From contig CAJOLJ010000018.1 in NCBI GenBank assembly GCA_905235445.1, positions 9,696 to 73,695 of the forward strand: a DNA stretch of 64,000 nt. Direction: 5' to 3'. The position numbers and the translations under genes are program-made. Each line of letters begins with the position of its first letter. Positions within the stretch are counted from its first letter, which is position 1. Positions 52,522-61,450 of the stretch are shown here, piece after piece. The DNA comes from an uncultured Bacteroidales bacterium. Lineage in GTDB: Bacteria; Bacteroidota; Bacteroidia; Bacteroidales; UBA932. The notes beneath the pieces are model-generated. The model saw nothing but the letters and a program-made list of their open reading frames with translations. It ran no database searches and was not told the origin of the DNA.

Positions 52522-53325
52522 ATGGCTAACTTGTTCTCACTTGAAGGTCGCAACGCATGGATTACCGGCGCATCCTATGGAATCGGATTCAATATCGCCA
52601 AGGCCTTCGTTGCCGCAGGTATCGACAACATCATATTCAATGACATCAATGAGGCTGCCCTCGAGAGGGGTCTTAAGAACTATGCCGAAGCTGGCATCAA
52701 GAATGTCCACGGCTATGTGTGCGACGTCACCGACGAGGTGGCCGTCAAGGCTCTCGTAGAGAAGATCCATGAGGAGGTAGGCCAGATCGACATCCTCGTC
52801 AACAATGCCGGGATCATCAAGCGCATCCCCATGCATGAGATGGAGAGAAAGCAGTTCCAGCAGGTTATTGACGTGGACCTGGTCGCTCCCTTCATCGTAT
52901 CCTCCGCAGTCCTTCCTGAAATGATGGAAAGGAAAGAGGGCAAGATCATCAATATCTGCTCCATGATGAGCGAGCTTGGCCGTGAGACCGTCTCAGCCTA
53001 CGCCGCCGCCAAGGGAGGGCTCAAGATGCTCACCCGCAATATCTGCTCCGAGTACGGTGCCTACAATATCCAGTGCAACGGCATAGGTCCCGGTTACATC
53101 GCCACCCCCCAGACTGCACCCCTTCGTGAGATACAGCCGGACGGAAGCCGTCATCCCTTCGACAAGTTCATCTGCGCCAAGACCCCCGCAGGAAGGTGGC
53201 TTGACCCGAGCGAACTCGGAGGCCCCGCAGTCTTCCTCGCTTCCCATGCCTCCGATGCAGTCAACGGTCACATCCTGTATGTGGACGGCGGTATCCTGGC
53301 ATACATCGGAAAGCAGCCCGAATAG
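52522..53325 (+). CDS. kduD: SDR oxidoreductase, 2-dehydro-3-deoxy-D-gluconate 5-dehydrogenase / gluconate 5-dehydrogenase type
   Basis: TGASYGIG cofactor motif, NNAG, and catalytic YAAAKGG. Located immediately upstream of kduI inside a pectin locus. Confidence 0.8.
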   Translation: MANLFSLEGRNAWITGASYGIGFNIAKAFVAAGIDNIIFNDINEAALERGLKNYAEAGIKNVHGYVCDVTDEVAVKALVEKIHEEVGQIDILVNNAGIIKRIPMHEMERKQFQQVIDVDLVAPFIVSSAVLPEMMERKEGKIINICSMMSELGRETVSAYAAAKGGLKMLTRNICSEYGAYNIQCNGIGPGYIATPQTAPLREIQPDGSRHPFDKFICAKTPAGRWLDPSELGGPAVFLASHASDAVNGHILYVDGGILAYIGKQPE

Positions 53326-53358
53326 AGTTGATGGTCCCAAATAAGATTTAAGTTCATT

Positions 53359-54201
53359 ATGAAAATCAACTGCGAAGTACGCTATCCCTCCCACCAGGAC
53401 GACGCGAAGCATTACGATACCGAGACGCTGCGCAAGCATTATCTCGTACAGAACATCATGGTCCCCGATGAAATCAACATGGTCTACTCCATGTTCGACA
53501 GGATCATCGCAGGCGGTGCAGTCCCCGTGGAGGAGGAACTGGAGCTCAAGGCTCCCGATATCCTCAGGGCGGAGTTTTTCACCCAGAGAAGGGAACTTGG
53601 CATCATCAATGTCGGCGGGACCGGCATGGTGAAAGTGGGTGACGAGGAATATACAATCCCTTACAAGGAGGCCATCTACATCGGAAGGGGCAACCGCAAG
53701 GTCACCTTCAGCAGTGTGGACAAGGAGCATCCCGCCCATTTTTACTTCAATTCAGCCCTGGCACATAGGGAGACAGCGGTAAAGCAGGTCTCCAAGAAGG
53801 ATGCCGTAGTCATGCACCTCGGCAGCCTCGAGGAGTCCAACGAGAGGACGATTAACCGCCTTCTCGTGAAGGAAGTGGTCCCTTGCTGCCAGCTCCAGAT
53901 GGGAATGACCGAGCTCGCTCCCGGAAGTACCTGGAACACTATGCCCGCACATACCCACGACCGCAGGATGGAAGTGTATTTCTACTTCCAGCTGCCCGAG
54001 GATGCAGCCGTATGCCACTTCATGGGGCAGCCCCAGGAGACCCGTCACATCTGGATGCACAACGAGGAGGCCGTGATATCTCCCCAGTGGAGCATCCACT
54101 CAGCCTGCGCCACCCGCAACTACACCTTCATCTGGGGAATGTGCGGTGAGAACGACGACTACAATGACATGGACTGGTGCGCTACCACCGACCTCAAGTA
54201 G
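53359..54201 (+). CDS. kduI: 5-dehydro-4-deoxy-D-glucuronate isomerase
   Basis: 280 aa. N-terminus MKINCEVRYPSHQDDAKHYDTETLRKHYLV and the cupin metal-site region (MPAHTHDRRMEVYFYF…WSIHS) are typical of KduI. Confidence 0.9.
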   Translation: MKINCEVRYPSHQDDAKHYDTETLRKHYLVQNIMVPDEINMVYSMFDRIIAGGAVPVEEELELKAPDILRAEFFTQRRELGIINVGGTGMVKVGDEEYTIPYKEAIYIGRGNRKVTFSSVDKEHPAHFYFNSALAHRETAVKQVSKKDAVVMHLGSLEESNERTINRLLVKEVVPCCQLQMGMTELAPGSTWNTMPAHTHDRRMEVYFYFQLPEDAAVCHFMGQPQETRHIWMHNEEAVISPQWSIHSACATRNYTFIWGMCGENDDYNDMDWCATTDLK

Positions 54202-54222
54202 AGTTTTTCTTTAACAAATGGA

Positions 54223-55125
54223 ATGAACAGAACTATGTCACTTCTATCATCAGTCATAAGGAAGGCGGCACCCGCCATGGCCCTGGCCGCCCTGTGCGCA
54301 TCGCTTCTGGTGGGGTGCGCCCCCAAGAACGGGGAAGCAGAGGTCTATGCGAGGGCAGTACCTGAGAGGGGAGACGACTTCGCATGGGAGAACGACTATG
54401 TTTTCTACAGGGCGTACGGAGCCTCGCTGGAGACCAGCCTGGATTTCCTGACAAGCCCGGGATTCGACGTGTGGGTCAAGAACCCCGGTCCCATCATGAT
54501 GGACAAACTGTACAAGGATGAACTTGAGAACGGCCTTTCATACCACAACTACCGTGGCCTCGGAAAGGACTGCTACAAGGTGTCCAAGAGTCTCGGTGCG
54601 GGAGCATCGTCGGTAGTCATTGCCGATACACTGCGTTTCCCCGCCACCAACTGGAGGGCATATGAGATCCTCGAGCAGGAACCCCGGAAAGTGGTCTTCG
54701 TCCTGAAGTATCCCAAGTGGGATGTTTGCGGCTATACCATATCCCTGGACAAGAAGATAACCGTTGAGGCTGGGACCCACTTCTGCAAAGCCGAGGATGT
54801 GTACACATTCACGGGCCCCACCCAGGAACTTCCCGTCGCCGCCGGAATCATCCGTCATGACATCCGTTCCGAGTTCAAGGGAGATGACCGCTTCGCCATC
54901 TGGGAGAGAGCATCCGACCAGAGCAAGGAGCCGGAGGACGGGATGATAGGACTCGGTCTCGTGATGCCGGGTGCAAAGGCCCAGGCAATCATCCAGGACC
55001 ACAGCGTGCTCATGAAGAACGTCAGGAGCGGGGAAACCCTCACATACTACTTCGGCAACTGCTGGTCCAAGGCTGATGTCAAGACAGATAAGGACTGGTT
55101 CGATATGGTGAAGGCTGTGAAGTAA
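54223..55125 (+). CDS. DUF4861-like lipoprotein (pectin-locus associated)
   Basis: Lipobox LLVGC. The DDFAWENDYVFYRAYG block resembles the DUF4861 family commonly found beside kduI/kduD in Bacteroidetes. Family assignment is from memory of that block only. Confidence 0.6.
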   Translation: MNRTMSLLSSVIRKAAPAMALAALCASLLVGCAPKNGEAEVYARAVPERGDDFAWENDYVFYRAYGASLETSLDFLTSPGFDVWVKNPGPIMMDKLYKDELENGLSYHNYRGLGKDCYKVSKSLGAGASSVVIADTLRFPATNWRAYEILEQEPRKVVFVLKYPKWDVCGYTISLDKKITVEAGTHFCKAEDVYTFTGPTQELPVAAGIIRHDIRSEFKGDDRFAIWERASDQSKEPEDGMIGLGLVMPGAKAQAIIQDHSVLMKNVRSGETLTYYFGNCWSKADVKTDKDWFDMVKAVK

Positions 55126-55158
55126 GCGCCCAGTCCGCACTGTCGGACTTGAAAAGAG

Positions 55159-55201
55159 AACCGATGCTCTTTCCCCTAGGGGGTAAGGGTATCGGTTTTT
55201 T
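55159..55201 (+). terminator. Intrinsic terminator ending the pectin operon
   Basis: AACCGAT … ATCGGTT outer stem enclosing the palindrome CCCCTAGGGG, followed by TTTT. About 35 nt after the stop at 55125. Confidence 0.6.
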
Positions 55202-55320
55202 CGTGTCCTGGAGTGAATGACGGTCCGGCTCGGAAGAATGTCGAAGGTCCCTCCATGAAAACACCCCAGGCGGATGCCTGAGGTGGTATATCGAGGGATT
55301 GTTGTCCGTCTCCCTGTGTG

Positions 55321-56610
55321 TCAGGAGGCGTCATCCTGTAGGATGGAGAGAATCTGATCCAGGGAGAGACCTGTCTTGTCTGAGATATCTTCGGGTGACG
55401 ATCCTCGTGAGGCAAGGAGCCTAATACAAAGAACAAGGTATTTCTGTGCCTCTTCCTTCTGTGCTCTTTCCACTTCCTTCTGTGCTCTTTCCGCCTCCTT
55501 CTGTGCTCTTTCCGCCTCCTTCTGCGCTCTTTCCGCCTCCTTCTGCGCTCTTTCCACTTCCTTCTCCGTCCTCAATTTCTCGGCTTCTGCTACGGCAGCC
55601 TGGAGCTTCCCGCTCATCTCGAATCTCTCATGATCCAAGAGAGCGCTCATCCTTGACTTGAGCTCATCCTGTGAGATCTTATTTCTAACATATGTTGTCA
55701 TATCTTTAGGGGCTATGTTTTTGATCCTGGCTGACTCAGCAATACCACGGTATCTTTCAGGCAACCAGATTGGGTTTTCTGCGAAGTTAGACAAGTTTTT
55801 GATGAAATACAGGCACTCTTCCTCCCTTGAAGCATTCTCACTCGGGGCAGGGGCATCCTTGTATTTGTAGACCTCACAAAGGGTGATATCCAGGTCGTTT
55901 GTGAAAGGGGAGTAGTGCGTGGCATATAGGTCGTTTGTGTAGGGTGTATGGTACGTGACATCCAGCATTCTGTATCTCATGATGGATTCCTTTTCAATCT
56001 GTTGAATCTCCTCTTCAAGATGCCTGTCGTATTCCTCCAATTTTGCGGGCTCAACCAGATGTCTTTCAGTCCTTTCCTTGTCCCTTTTGATGTATTCCGG
56101 ATATGGTTTTATCCTAGAGTCAGCGAAAGCAATAACATGGACAGGAAACAAATCAAAGGAACCCCCATTTGTTAACTGACTGTTGATGACATAGCTGCCA
56201 TAGATGAAGAGTCTGTTCAGGATGTTTGTTTCCGGCTCCTTCTGCATCTCCACAAGAAAAAAAGAACCGTCATTATCTTCGCATAGTATGTCGAACCTTA
56301 CAGCCTTGGAGAAAATGCCGGTACCAGGCATCTCGGGGCTATCAATGTGCTTGATGGAGATGTCCTTTCCGACAATGTCTCTTAGAATCACTTCCATGTT
56401 CTCCTTTTTGGAGAAAACATACTTGAATGCTGCGTCGTAGGTCAGGTCAATGAAATTCTTGGAGAAGATGTCCTTTAGGAGTTGTTCCTTATTCTCCGGT
56501 TTCATCTTTCTGCCCTTGATGAAATGCCCGTATTTGCAGGTGTAGGGAAATTGATCCACACCGGATTGTGGTTGCGGGACTTTGTCGTTGTCTTCCTTTT
56601 TACTTTCCAT
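55321..56610 (-). CDS. Rpn/YhgA-like PD-(D/E)XK recombination-promoting nuclease / putative transposase family protein
   Basis: N-terminal LTYDAAFKYVFSKKEN…AVRFDILCEDNDGSFFLVEMQKE shows the D…E-x-K nuclease core typical of the PDDEXK_2 family. C-terminal coiled coil with a heptad tandem repeat. AT-richer than its neighbours. Confidence 0.7.
   Translation of the reverse strand: MESKKEDNDKVPQPQSGVDQFPYTCKYGHFIKGRKMKPENKEQLLKDIFSKNFIDLTYDAAFKYVFSKKENMEVILRDIVGKDISIKHIDSPEMPGTGIFSKAVRFDILCEDNDGSFFLVEMQKEPETNILNRLFIYGSYVINSQLTNGGSFDLFPVHVIAFADSRIKPYPEYIKRDKERTERHLVEPAKLEEYDRHLEEEIQQIEKESIMRYRMLDVTYHTPYTNDLYATHYSPFTNDLDITLCEVYKYKDAPAPSENASREEECLYFIKNLSNFAENPIWLPERYRGIAESARIKNIAPKDMTTYVRNKISQDELKSRMSALLDHERFEMSGKLQAAVAEAEKLRTEKEVERAQKEAERAQKEAERAQKEAERAQKEVERAQKEEAQKYLVLCIRLLASRGSSPEDISDKTGLSLDQILSILQDDAS
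55442..55573. repeat. 21-bp tandem repeat (five full units plus degenerate flanks), in frame inside the Rpn-like gene
   Basis: Units of TTCTG(T/C)GCTCTTTCC(A/G)C(T/C)TCC start at 55457, 55478, 55499, 55520 and 55541. They encode (ERAQKE[A/V])n on the minus strand. Confidence 0.9.
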
Positions 56611-57095
56611 ATTTGTGATTTTAGCGTTCCGTTAAAGCTCTTCCAGGAGAGTCTCCAGCTATTTCCGACTATTTATTGGCGGATTGGCCGGTCCTCTACA
56701 CAATGACCTTGAGTGAATCAGGTCATTGCAGGAATCCTCTCATTCTCCTTAGATGATTTTTGCTCTGTTTGTCTTCATTTCCAATACTTTATCAATGTTT
56801 ATAGATGATTACGACATTGAGACTGAAGGCTTGGATGCCGTTGCGGCCCATGACTCTCATATACAAATTTCCCTATTGTGCAATACAAAAACAAAGAGTC
56901 ACACTTGCAGAAATTCCTGCAATATCCATCATGCCCGTACGGAAGAAGAACGAACACCGCGATGAAAAGAGGGAAAGATCCCCTTCACTCTTGCGAAGAT
57001 ATGATAGCCTGGAATGAGAGAGTTCGCAATTGGAAATGGCCGGTTCCTGCATCTCAAGAGATGCGGGCGTCGAACGTTGTTTTCGTAGATATGAA

Positions 57096-57133
57096 ATACC
57101 GGACATCTCCCTTCATTATGGAGTGTCCGGTAT
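57096..57133 (-). terminator. Hairpin downstream of the transporter gene (terminator candidate)
   Basis: A perfect 10-bp stem ATACCGGACA / TGTCCGGTAT with an 18-nt loop, ~28 nt past the stop at 57161. Weak U-tract. Confidence 0.4.
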
Positions 57134-57160
57134 CTAGCTTGCTGAGGGAAGTGCCTCTCT

Positions 57161-58330
57161 CTAGAACAGGCTGAAAAGCAGGAACGTGAAATGAGCTATG
57201 ACACCTGCGCAAAGACCTGCGATGGTATGTGCCCCGATAGCCTTGGATATGACTTTGCGGTATCCCAGGGAATCCAGCATGGCGGTATGGGTCGACAGGA
57301 ACCCGCTCCAGCACATTCCGATTGCGGTGAGGGTTGCGATGGCGTTGCCGTCGAGGATTCCGCTTGCATTGAAAGAGGGCAGCAGTCCAAGTGCTGCGCC
57401 TACGGCTCCGAGTGCAGTCATGGGGAAAGCGATGAGTCTCATGTCTGTGAAACCGAACAGCCACTCGAAGATCCAGTGGATCTTGCCCGCAAGCCAGGGT
57501 AGAATCGGTACACCCTGCGTCGAGCCCCCGTCATACCCGTTAGCACCTGGCCCGAATGTAACAAGTATTACGGCAGTGGTGATGATCAGAACTCCGGGAA
57601 TTATCTGAAGTCCCAGTTCAACACCATTCTTTCCTCCGTCCAGGATGGCGTTCAGGAATCTCATGAAAACGCTCTCCTTCTTCTCGTCATTGTCTTTTTC
57701 GGACGCCTCCTCATCCTTTTCCGTTTTCTTCGCCTCCTCCCTGGATGCCTCGGGGTAGACAGGTTCCTTGAGTTCCGGGTAGGTCTTCAGGCAGGAACGC
57801 TGCATGAGCCTCGTTGAGATGACAGATCCGCAGAAGGCTCCGAAGAATCCTATCAGAGCGGCTCCGCCCTGCCCGTAACTTGACATCGTTATCAATACCA
57901 CGAACCCCATGCCGAAAGCGGTACCGAAGTTGGTGAGGGATATGAGCTGGTATTTCCTGAAATAAGAAGCGAAGGCCTTGTCCTTGCCGAAGGCGATGAT
58001 GGCAGGATTATCTGAGAGAAATGTCATGATTGCTCCTAGGGCAGCTACACCGGGGAGGTTGAATAACGGCTTCATAAGTGGCCGCAGGATCCTTTCAAGA
58101 AGTTTCACAACCCCGAACTCTGACATAAGTCGGCTCAGTGCCCCGGTCAGGACAGTTATGCCCATCAGGTAGAATACAGTGTTAAGCAGGAGGTCATGGG
58201 CCGTATTCATGATGGTTTTGATGAGGTTTCCGCCTCCCATCCTGGAGGAAAGGGGCCAGAATACGGCTACGAGGATGGCCAGGAAGACAATGGCTTCCAC
58301 GGTATAACGCTTGGGACGTTTCAGTGCCAT
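57161..58330 (-). CDS. Nucleoside-recognition (Gate) domain membrane protein, YjiH/SpmA-like transporter
   Basis: Polytopic membrane protein with an acidic central loop (KKTEKDEEASEKDNDEKK). The LLERILRPLMKPLFNLPGVAALGAIMTFLSDNPA block resembles the Gate domain. The start is taken at MALKRPKRY, downstream of the -7 box at 58387..58394. Confidence 0.55.
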   Translation of the reverse strand: MALKRPKRYTVEAIVFLAILVAVFWPLSSRMGGGNLIKTIMNTAHDLLLNTVFYLMGITVLTGALSRLMSEFGVVKLLERILRPLMKPLFNLPGVAALGAIMTFLSDNPAIIAFGKDKAFASYFRKYQLISLTNFGTAFGMGFVVLITMSSYGQGGAALIGFFGAFCGSVISTRLMQRSCLKTYPELKEPVYPEASREEAKKTEKDEEASEKDNDEKKESVFMRFLNAILDGGKNGVELGLQIIPGVLIITTAVILVTFGPGANGYDGGSTQGVPILPWLAGKIHWIFEWLFGFTDMRLIAFPMTALGAVGAALGLLPSFNASGILDGNAIATLTAIGMCWSGFLSTHTAMLDSLGYRKVISKAIGAHTIAGLCAGVIAHFTFLLFSLF

Positions 58331-58386
58331 GTGGTTATGTGGTTTCCGAAAAGTGTGTTGTGGCTTGGTTATCTGTAAAAGGAACG

Positions 58387-58394
58387 CAAAATTA
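58387..58394 (-). promoter_or_regulatory. -7 promoter box (TAATTTTG on minus strand)
   Basis: TAnnTTTG match ~57 nt upstream of the ATG at 58330 and inside the longer ORF that starts at 58432. Confidence 0.45.
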
Positions 58395-58518
58395 GCAATT
58401 TCTCGGTCATTTCCACCCTCACGATAAGCCAAATGATCTTTAGAGGGTCATTGGCATTCTAAGTTCTTCATGGATGGGCTTGTCGAATTGGACCGCACAG
58501 CGCTCCAAGTGCCGTACT

Positions 58519-58827
58519 CTATTCCAGATAATAAACTTCCTTGCCGGTGGATATTGCATACTGAATCTCGCCTGCCGTGCTCTTCCCTATGTAGCCACCT
58601 ACGTTTATGACGAATATGGCATCCGCCATATCAATCTTTCTCTTGTGCATGTCATCCAACATTTCCTTGGTGCCTTCCGTCCAGACCTCATCGTCCCCGC
58701 TGTGACCGAAGAGACCTACCGATATGACGATATTGCCCTCTAAGGTGAGCCTTTTCTGGGCAGAGAGGAATTCCTCCTTGAAGCGGGTGCTCCCGCATAG
58801 AGTGATGACTTTGTACTTTCCAACCAT
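58519..58827 (-). CDS. Small (102 aa) Rossmann-like protein, nucleoside 2-deoxyribosyltransferase-like superfamily (tentative)
   Basis: YKVITLCGSTRF…ADAIFVINVGGYIGKSTAGEIQYAISTGKEVYYL has the beta-strand/Gly-Ser loop and the C-terminal E-x-x-x-A-x-x-x-GK pattern seen in DUF4406/NDT-like proteins. Assignment is by eye only. Confidence 0.45.
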   Translation of the reverse strand: MVGKYKVITLCGSTRFKEEFLSAQKRLTLEGNIVISVGLFGHSGDDEVWTEGTKEMLDDMHKRKIDMADAIFVINVGGYIGKSTAGEIQYAISTGKEVYYLE

Positions 58828-58960
58828 GGGGGGAAACTATCTTATGGATTGAAGTGAATGGAAGGTAGCACTAACTTATGTAAATCTTGCAGTTTGGGTG
58901 GATATCCCGTCAACTGCAAGCCATATATGGCGTTGCTGCCTATATGCTGGAAGGAGACTT

Positions 58961-59191
58961 TTAAATAAATGTGTGTGATATAGTTTGAATATGTCCTTTC
59001 CTAACTATTAAGTATGAATTGGAATAAGGGTTTTCTTCAGAGAGCTTTTTTGTTCTAAAGGTCTGATATTTAATTCCGATAAGCTTGCTAATAGTGGGGT
59101 CCTCAAACATGGCAGCTATGGACCCAAAATAAAAATGCTCTCCCGTTGACTTTACTTCAACGTGAATAATAGACCGATCTTGCTTTATCAT
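58961..59191 (-). CDS. Small hypothetical protein (76 aa), possible HTH
   Basis: AT-rich ORF with its own -7 box at 59211..59218. The PTISKLIGIKYQTFRTKKL segment is HTH-like. Transcribed divergently from the restriction gene. Confidence 0.4.
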   Translation of the reverse strand: MIKQDRSIIHVEVKSTGEHFYFGSIAAMFEDPTISKLIGIKYQTFRTKKLSEENPYSNSYLIVRKGHIQTISHTFI

Positions 59192-59210
59192 TTTTCTCCG
59201 TTTTCCAAAG

Positions 59211-59218
59211 CAAATTTA
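59211..59218 (-). promoter_or_regulatory. -7 promoter box (TAAATTTG on minus strand)
   Basis: TAnnTTTG match ~20 nt upstream of the ATG at 59191. Confidence 0.4.
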
Positions 59219-59404
59219 ATATTAGGTCAACAAATGCCCAAAAAAAGTAGATTCTTTTTTAGATATATCAACATTTATTGTATATTTGTAGTCGAAATGC
59301 GAGCAAACCTCTCTCGTATCAGATTATTATGATAACCGAATTCCGTTGGAACAAGATATTGTGTTGCTCCCTTGATGACGGATTGACAATGAGAGAAAAT
59401 TCTT

Positions 59405-59412
59405 TAAATTTG
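59405..59412 (+). promoter_or_regulatory. -7 promoter box (TAAATTTG) for the R-M operon
   Basis: TAnnTTTG match 25 nt upstream of the ATG at 59437. A second match (TATATTTG) lies at 59281..59288. Confidence 0.4.
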
Positions 59413-59436
59413 CAATCTACGAATGGTACAGGCATC

Positions 59437-60501
59437 ATGGAAACAACAAAACCTACATTGTTTGGGCAAAAGCATTCGAGTCGCGATTATTCGGATCCTG
59501 CGTTTTGGGGAAAGAATCAGTTCAATAGTTCTTTTCCTGCTTCACTCTTGGCCTATATGTCATATAAGAGAGTGAGACCTGTATACATTAAGTATTCGGA
59601 TGGAGCTACGATTCATGATTATCTTGATGCGTCTGCGGTATTGGGAATTGATCCTTTATCAGACAATGCTTTTTATAATTATGAAGCTGGCTTTGCCCCT
59701 TACGAACAATTTTATTCAGGCAAGCGAGAGAATATAGATTTAGTTATGTTGGATAATCTCAATAATCGACTCCTAAGGGGCCTTGAGATAAAGTTGACGG
59801 CTTTGCCTGATAATACAACTAAATCTTTGACTGAAGAGCAGTATAGTTCAGAGATAGTCGTTCGTCCACCCACAATATGCTTTATTGCTTGTAGTATCTG
59901 TATGAACTATCGCAACGATCAAAGCATAATTCGTCTAAGGAATCTCTTATCGGGAGTGCCTCAAATCAATCATTGGGAAGAAGCGGATGAAGTATCTCAA
60001 TATTACCCGGAAATAGAGGCTGCAGTATTGAGAGTTTGTTCAGATATGTCTGTGCAACAGCAGCCAATCATGGTTCAACCGATATGGAAAACCCAAGGCC
60101 TCAAGCCCATCCTTGCAAATGATTGTCTAGATATTTTTGTTTGGTCAAATCTTGCGGTCCTAATGATGTGCATCAGTGATGGGGCCAATAGGAATCATGA
60201 CATCAATAGATTCCAACGCACTATTATTTGGGTATATCGGATGCTGTTTGATTATGTAACCTATGGATCTTTTGATTACATGCGCATAATCAAGAATCAC
60301 TCATACGGGAGAGCTAACGACAAGGCTTTTGCAATGACAGGTTTGCGTACACATAAGTTTCTCGCATGCGATGAGTTAACTCACCCCCGAATCAATAAAA
60401 ATGAAATTAAAAACATTATTCTGGGCGGAGGTCAAGACTTGTTGAGTCCAGAACGACGTTTTGATGCAGCTATTGCAGCCAGTCCAGATTTATTTCTTTA
60501 A
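59437..60501 (+). CDS. Type II restriction endonuclease (PD-(D/E)XK; family and specificity not assignable by eye)
   Basis: Sits 6 nt upstream of, and co-oriented with, a C5-cytosine methyltransferase. AT-rich. Candidate catalytic core ENIDLVML-x13-GLEIKLTA (D…E-x-K). The start is taken at METTKPTLFG; longer alternatives lie at 59389, 59329 and 59278. Confidence 0.65.
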   Translation: METTKPTLFGQKHSSRDYSDPAFWGKNQFNSSFPASLLAYMSYKRVRPVYIKYSDGATIHDYLDASAVLGIDPLSDNAFYNYEAGFAPYEQFYSGKRENIDLVMLDNLNNRLLRGLEIKLTALPDNTTKSLTEEQYSSEIVVRPPTICFIACSICMNYRNDQSIIRLRNLLSGVPQINHWEEADEVSQYYPEIEAAVLRVCSDMSVQQQPIMVQPIWKTQGLKPILANDCLDIFVWSNLAVLMMCISDGANRNHDINRFQRTIIWVYRMLFDYVTYGSFDYMRIIKNHSYGRANDKAFAMTGLRTHKFLACDELTHPRINKNEIKNIILGGGQDLLSPERRFDAAIAASPDLFL

Positions 60502-60507
60502 CTAACA

Positions 60508-61410
60508 ATGAATATTGTAGATCTCTTCTGTGGCTGTGGCGGCCTGAGTTTGGGTTTTCAAGAAGCAGGGCACACGATAGTGTCAGCTTTCGACAATTGG
60601 GATATTGCCCTTGAAGTTTATCGGGCTAATTTTGCACATCCTTGTTTCAAACTTGACCTTTCAGACGTTGAGAAGTCAGTGAGACAGGTTGAGCCTTTCC
60701 ACCCGGACATGGTTATAGGCGGACCTCCATGCCAGGACTTCTCTTCTGCCGGTAAACGTGACGAGGATGGCGGCAGGGGAAACCTGACTGTGCATTATGC
60801 TAAAATCGTTTCCCAGGTACATCCACGTTGGTTCGTTATGGAAAACGTTGCCACCATAACAAAAACCCGTAAGCTTGAAGAGGCCCTGTCAATTTTCCGG
60901 GAAGCAGGCTATGGTCTTACGCAAATGGTCCTGGATGCTTCCAGATGCGGCGTTCCACAGGCAAGAAAGAGGTTCGTCTTGATAGGTAAACTTCACGCAG
61001 TTGATGGGTTCATTGCGGAATCGTTATCATGCGGGCTTACTGATCATAGGATGACACTGAGAGATTATTTTGGTGATGAGCTGGGAACGGAGTTTTACTA
61101 TCGTCATCCCCGCAGTTATGCCCGTAGAGGTATTTTCAGTATCGATGAACCTTGTCCTACGATTAGGGGAGTAAACCGACCTCTTCCGAAGAACTATGTC
61201 CCGCACCCCAATGATGCCACTTCTGACCTTTCCAAGGTGCGTCCCCTTACTACAGAAGAGAGGGCTCGCATTCAGACATTCCCAAGGGAATTCGTGTTCT
61301 TGGGCAACAAGACAGACAAGGAGCAGATGATAGGCAATGCGGTCCCGGTTGCTTTGGCAAGATATGTGGCAGAGGCCATTGCAGAATACGAAATGAACCA
61401 TCCTAGGTAG
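60508..61410 (+). CDS. DNA (cytosine-5)-methyltransferase
   Basis: All core m5C motifs are present: I DLFCGCGGLSLGF, IV GGPPCQDFS, VI ENV, VIII QARKRFVLIG, X GNAVPV. The variable region is short (300 aa total). Confidence 0.95.
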   Translation: MNIVDLFCGCGGLSLGFQEAGHTIVSAFDNWDIALEVYRANFAHPCFKLDLSDVEKSVRQVEPFHPDMVIGGPPCQDFSSAGKRDEDGGRGNLTVHYAKIVSQVHPRWFVMENVATITKTRKLEEALSIFREAGYGLTQMVLDASRCGVPQARKRFVLIGKLHAVDGFIAESLSCGLTDHRMTLRDYFGDELGTEFYYRHPRSYARRGIFSIDEPCPTIRGVNRPLPKNYVPHPNDATSDLSKVRPLTTEERARIQTFPREFVFLGNKTDKEQMIGNAVPVALARYVAEAIAEYEMNHPR

Positions 61411-61429
61411 GGATGGTTCATTTGTTTTT
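61395..61429 (+). terminator. Intrinsic terminator of the R-M operon
   Basis: A 9-bp stem GAACCATCC / GGATGGTTC with loop TAGGTAG, which contains the methyltransferase stop codon, followed by ATTTGTTTTT. Confidence 0.75.
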
Positions 61430-61450
61430 CCGTATATCGATCTCTTAATC

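Noticed and set aside
55442-55573. Possible CRISPR array
   Set aside because: The repeats are directly adjacent 21-bp units with no spacers. They lie in frame inside a coding region encoding a heptad coiled coil. No cas genes are present in the window.
56611-57160. Overlapping 70-98-aa ORFs (56753..56965, 56805..57017, 56873..57106, 56878..57174) in the gap between the Rpn-like gene and the transporter
   Set aside because: They overlap one another in different frames. They have no promoter boxes in sensible positions and give compositionally odd translations. The region is treated as non-coding, though a degraded gene remnant cannot be excluded without a blastx search.
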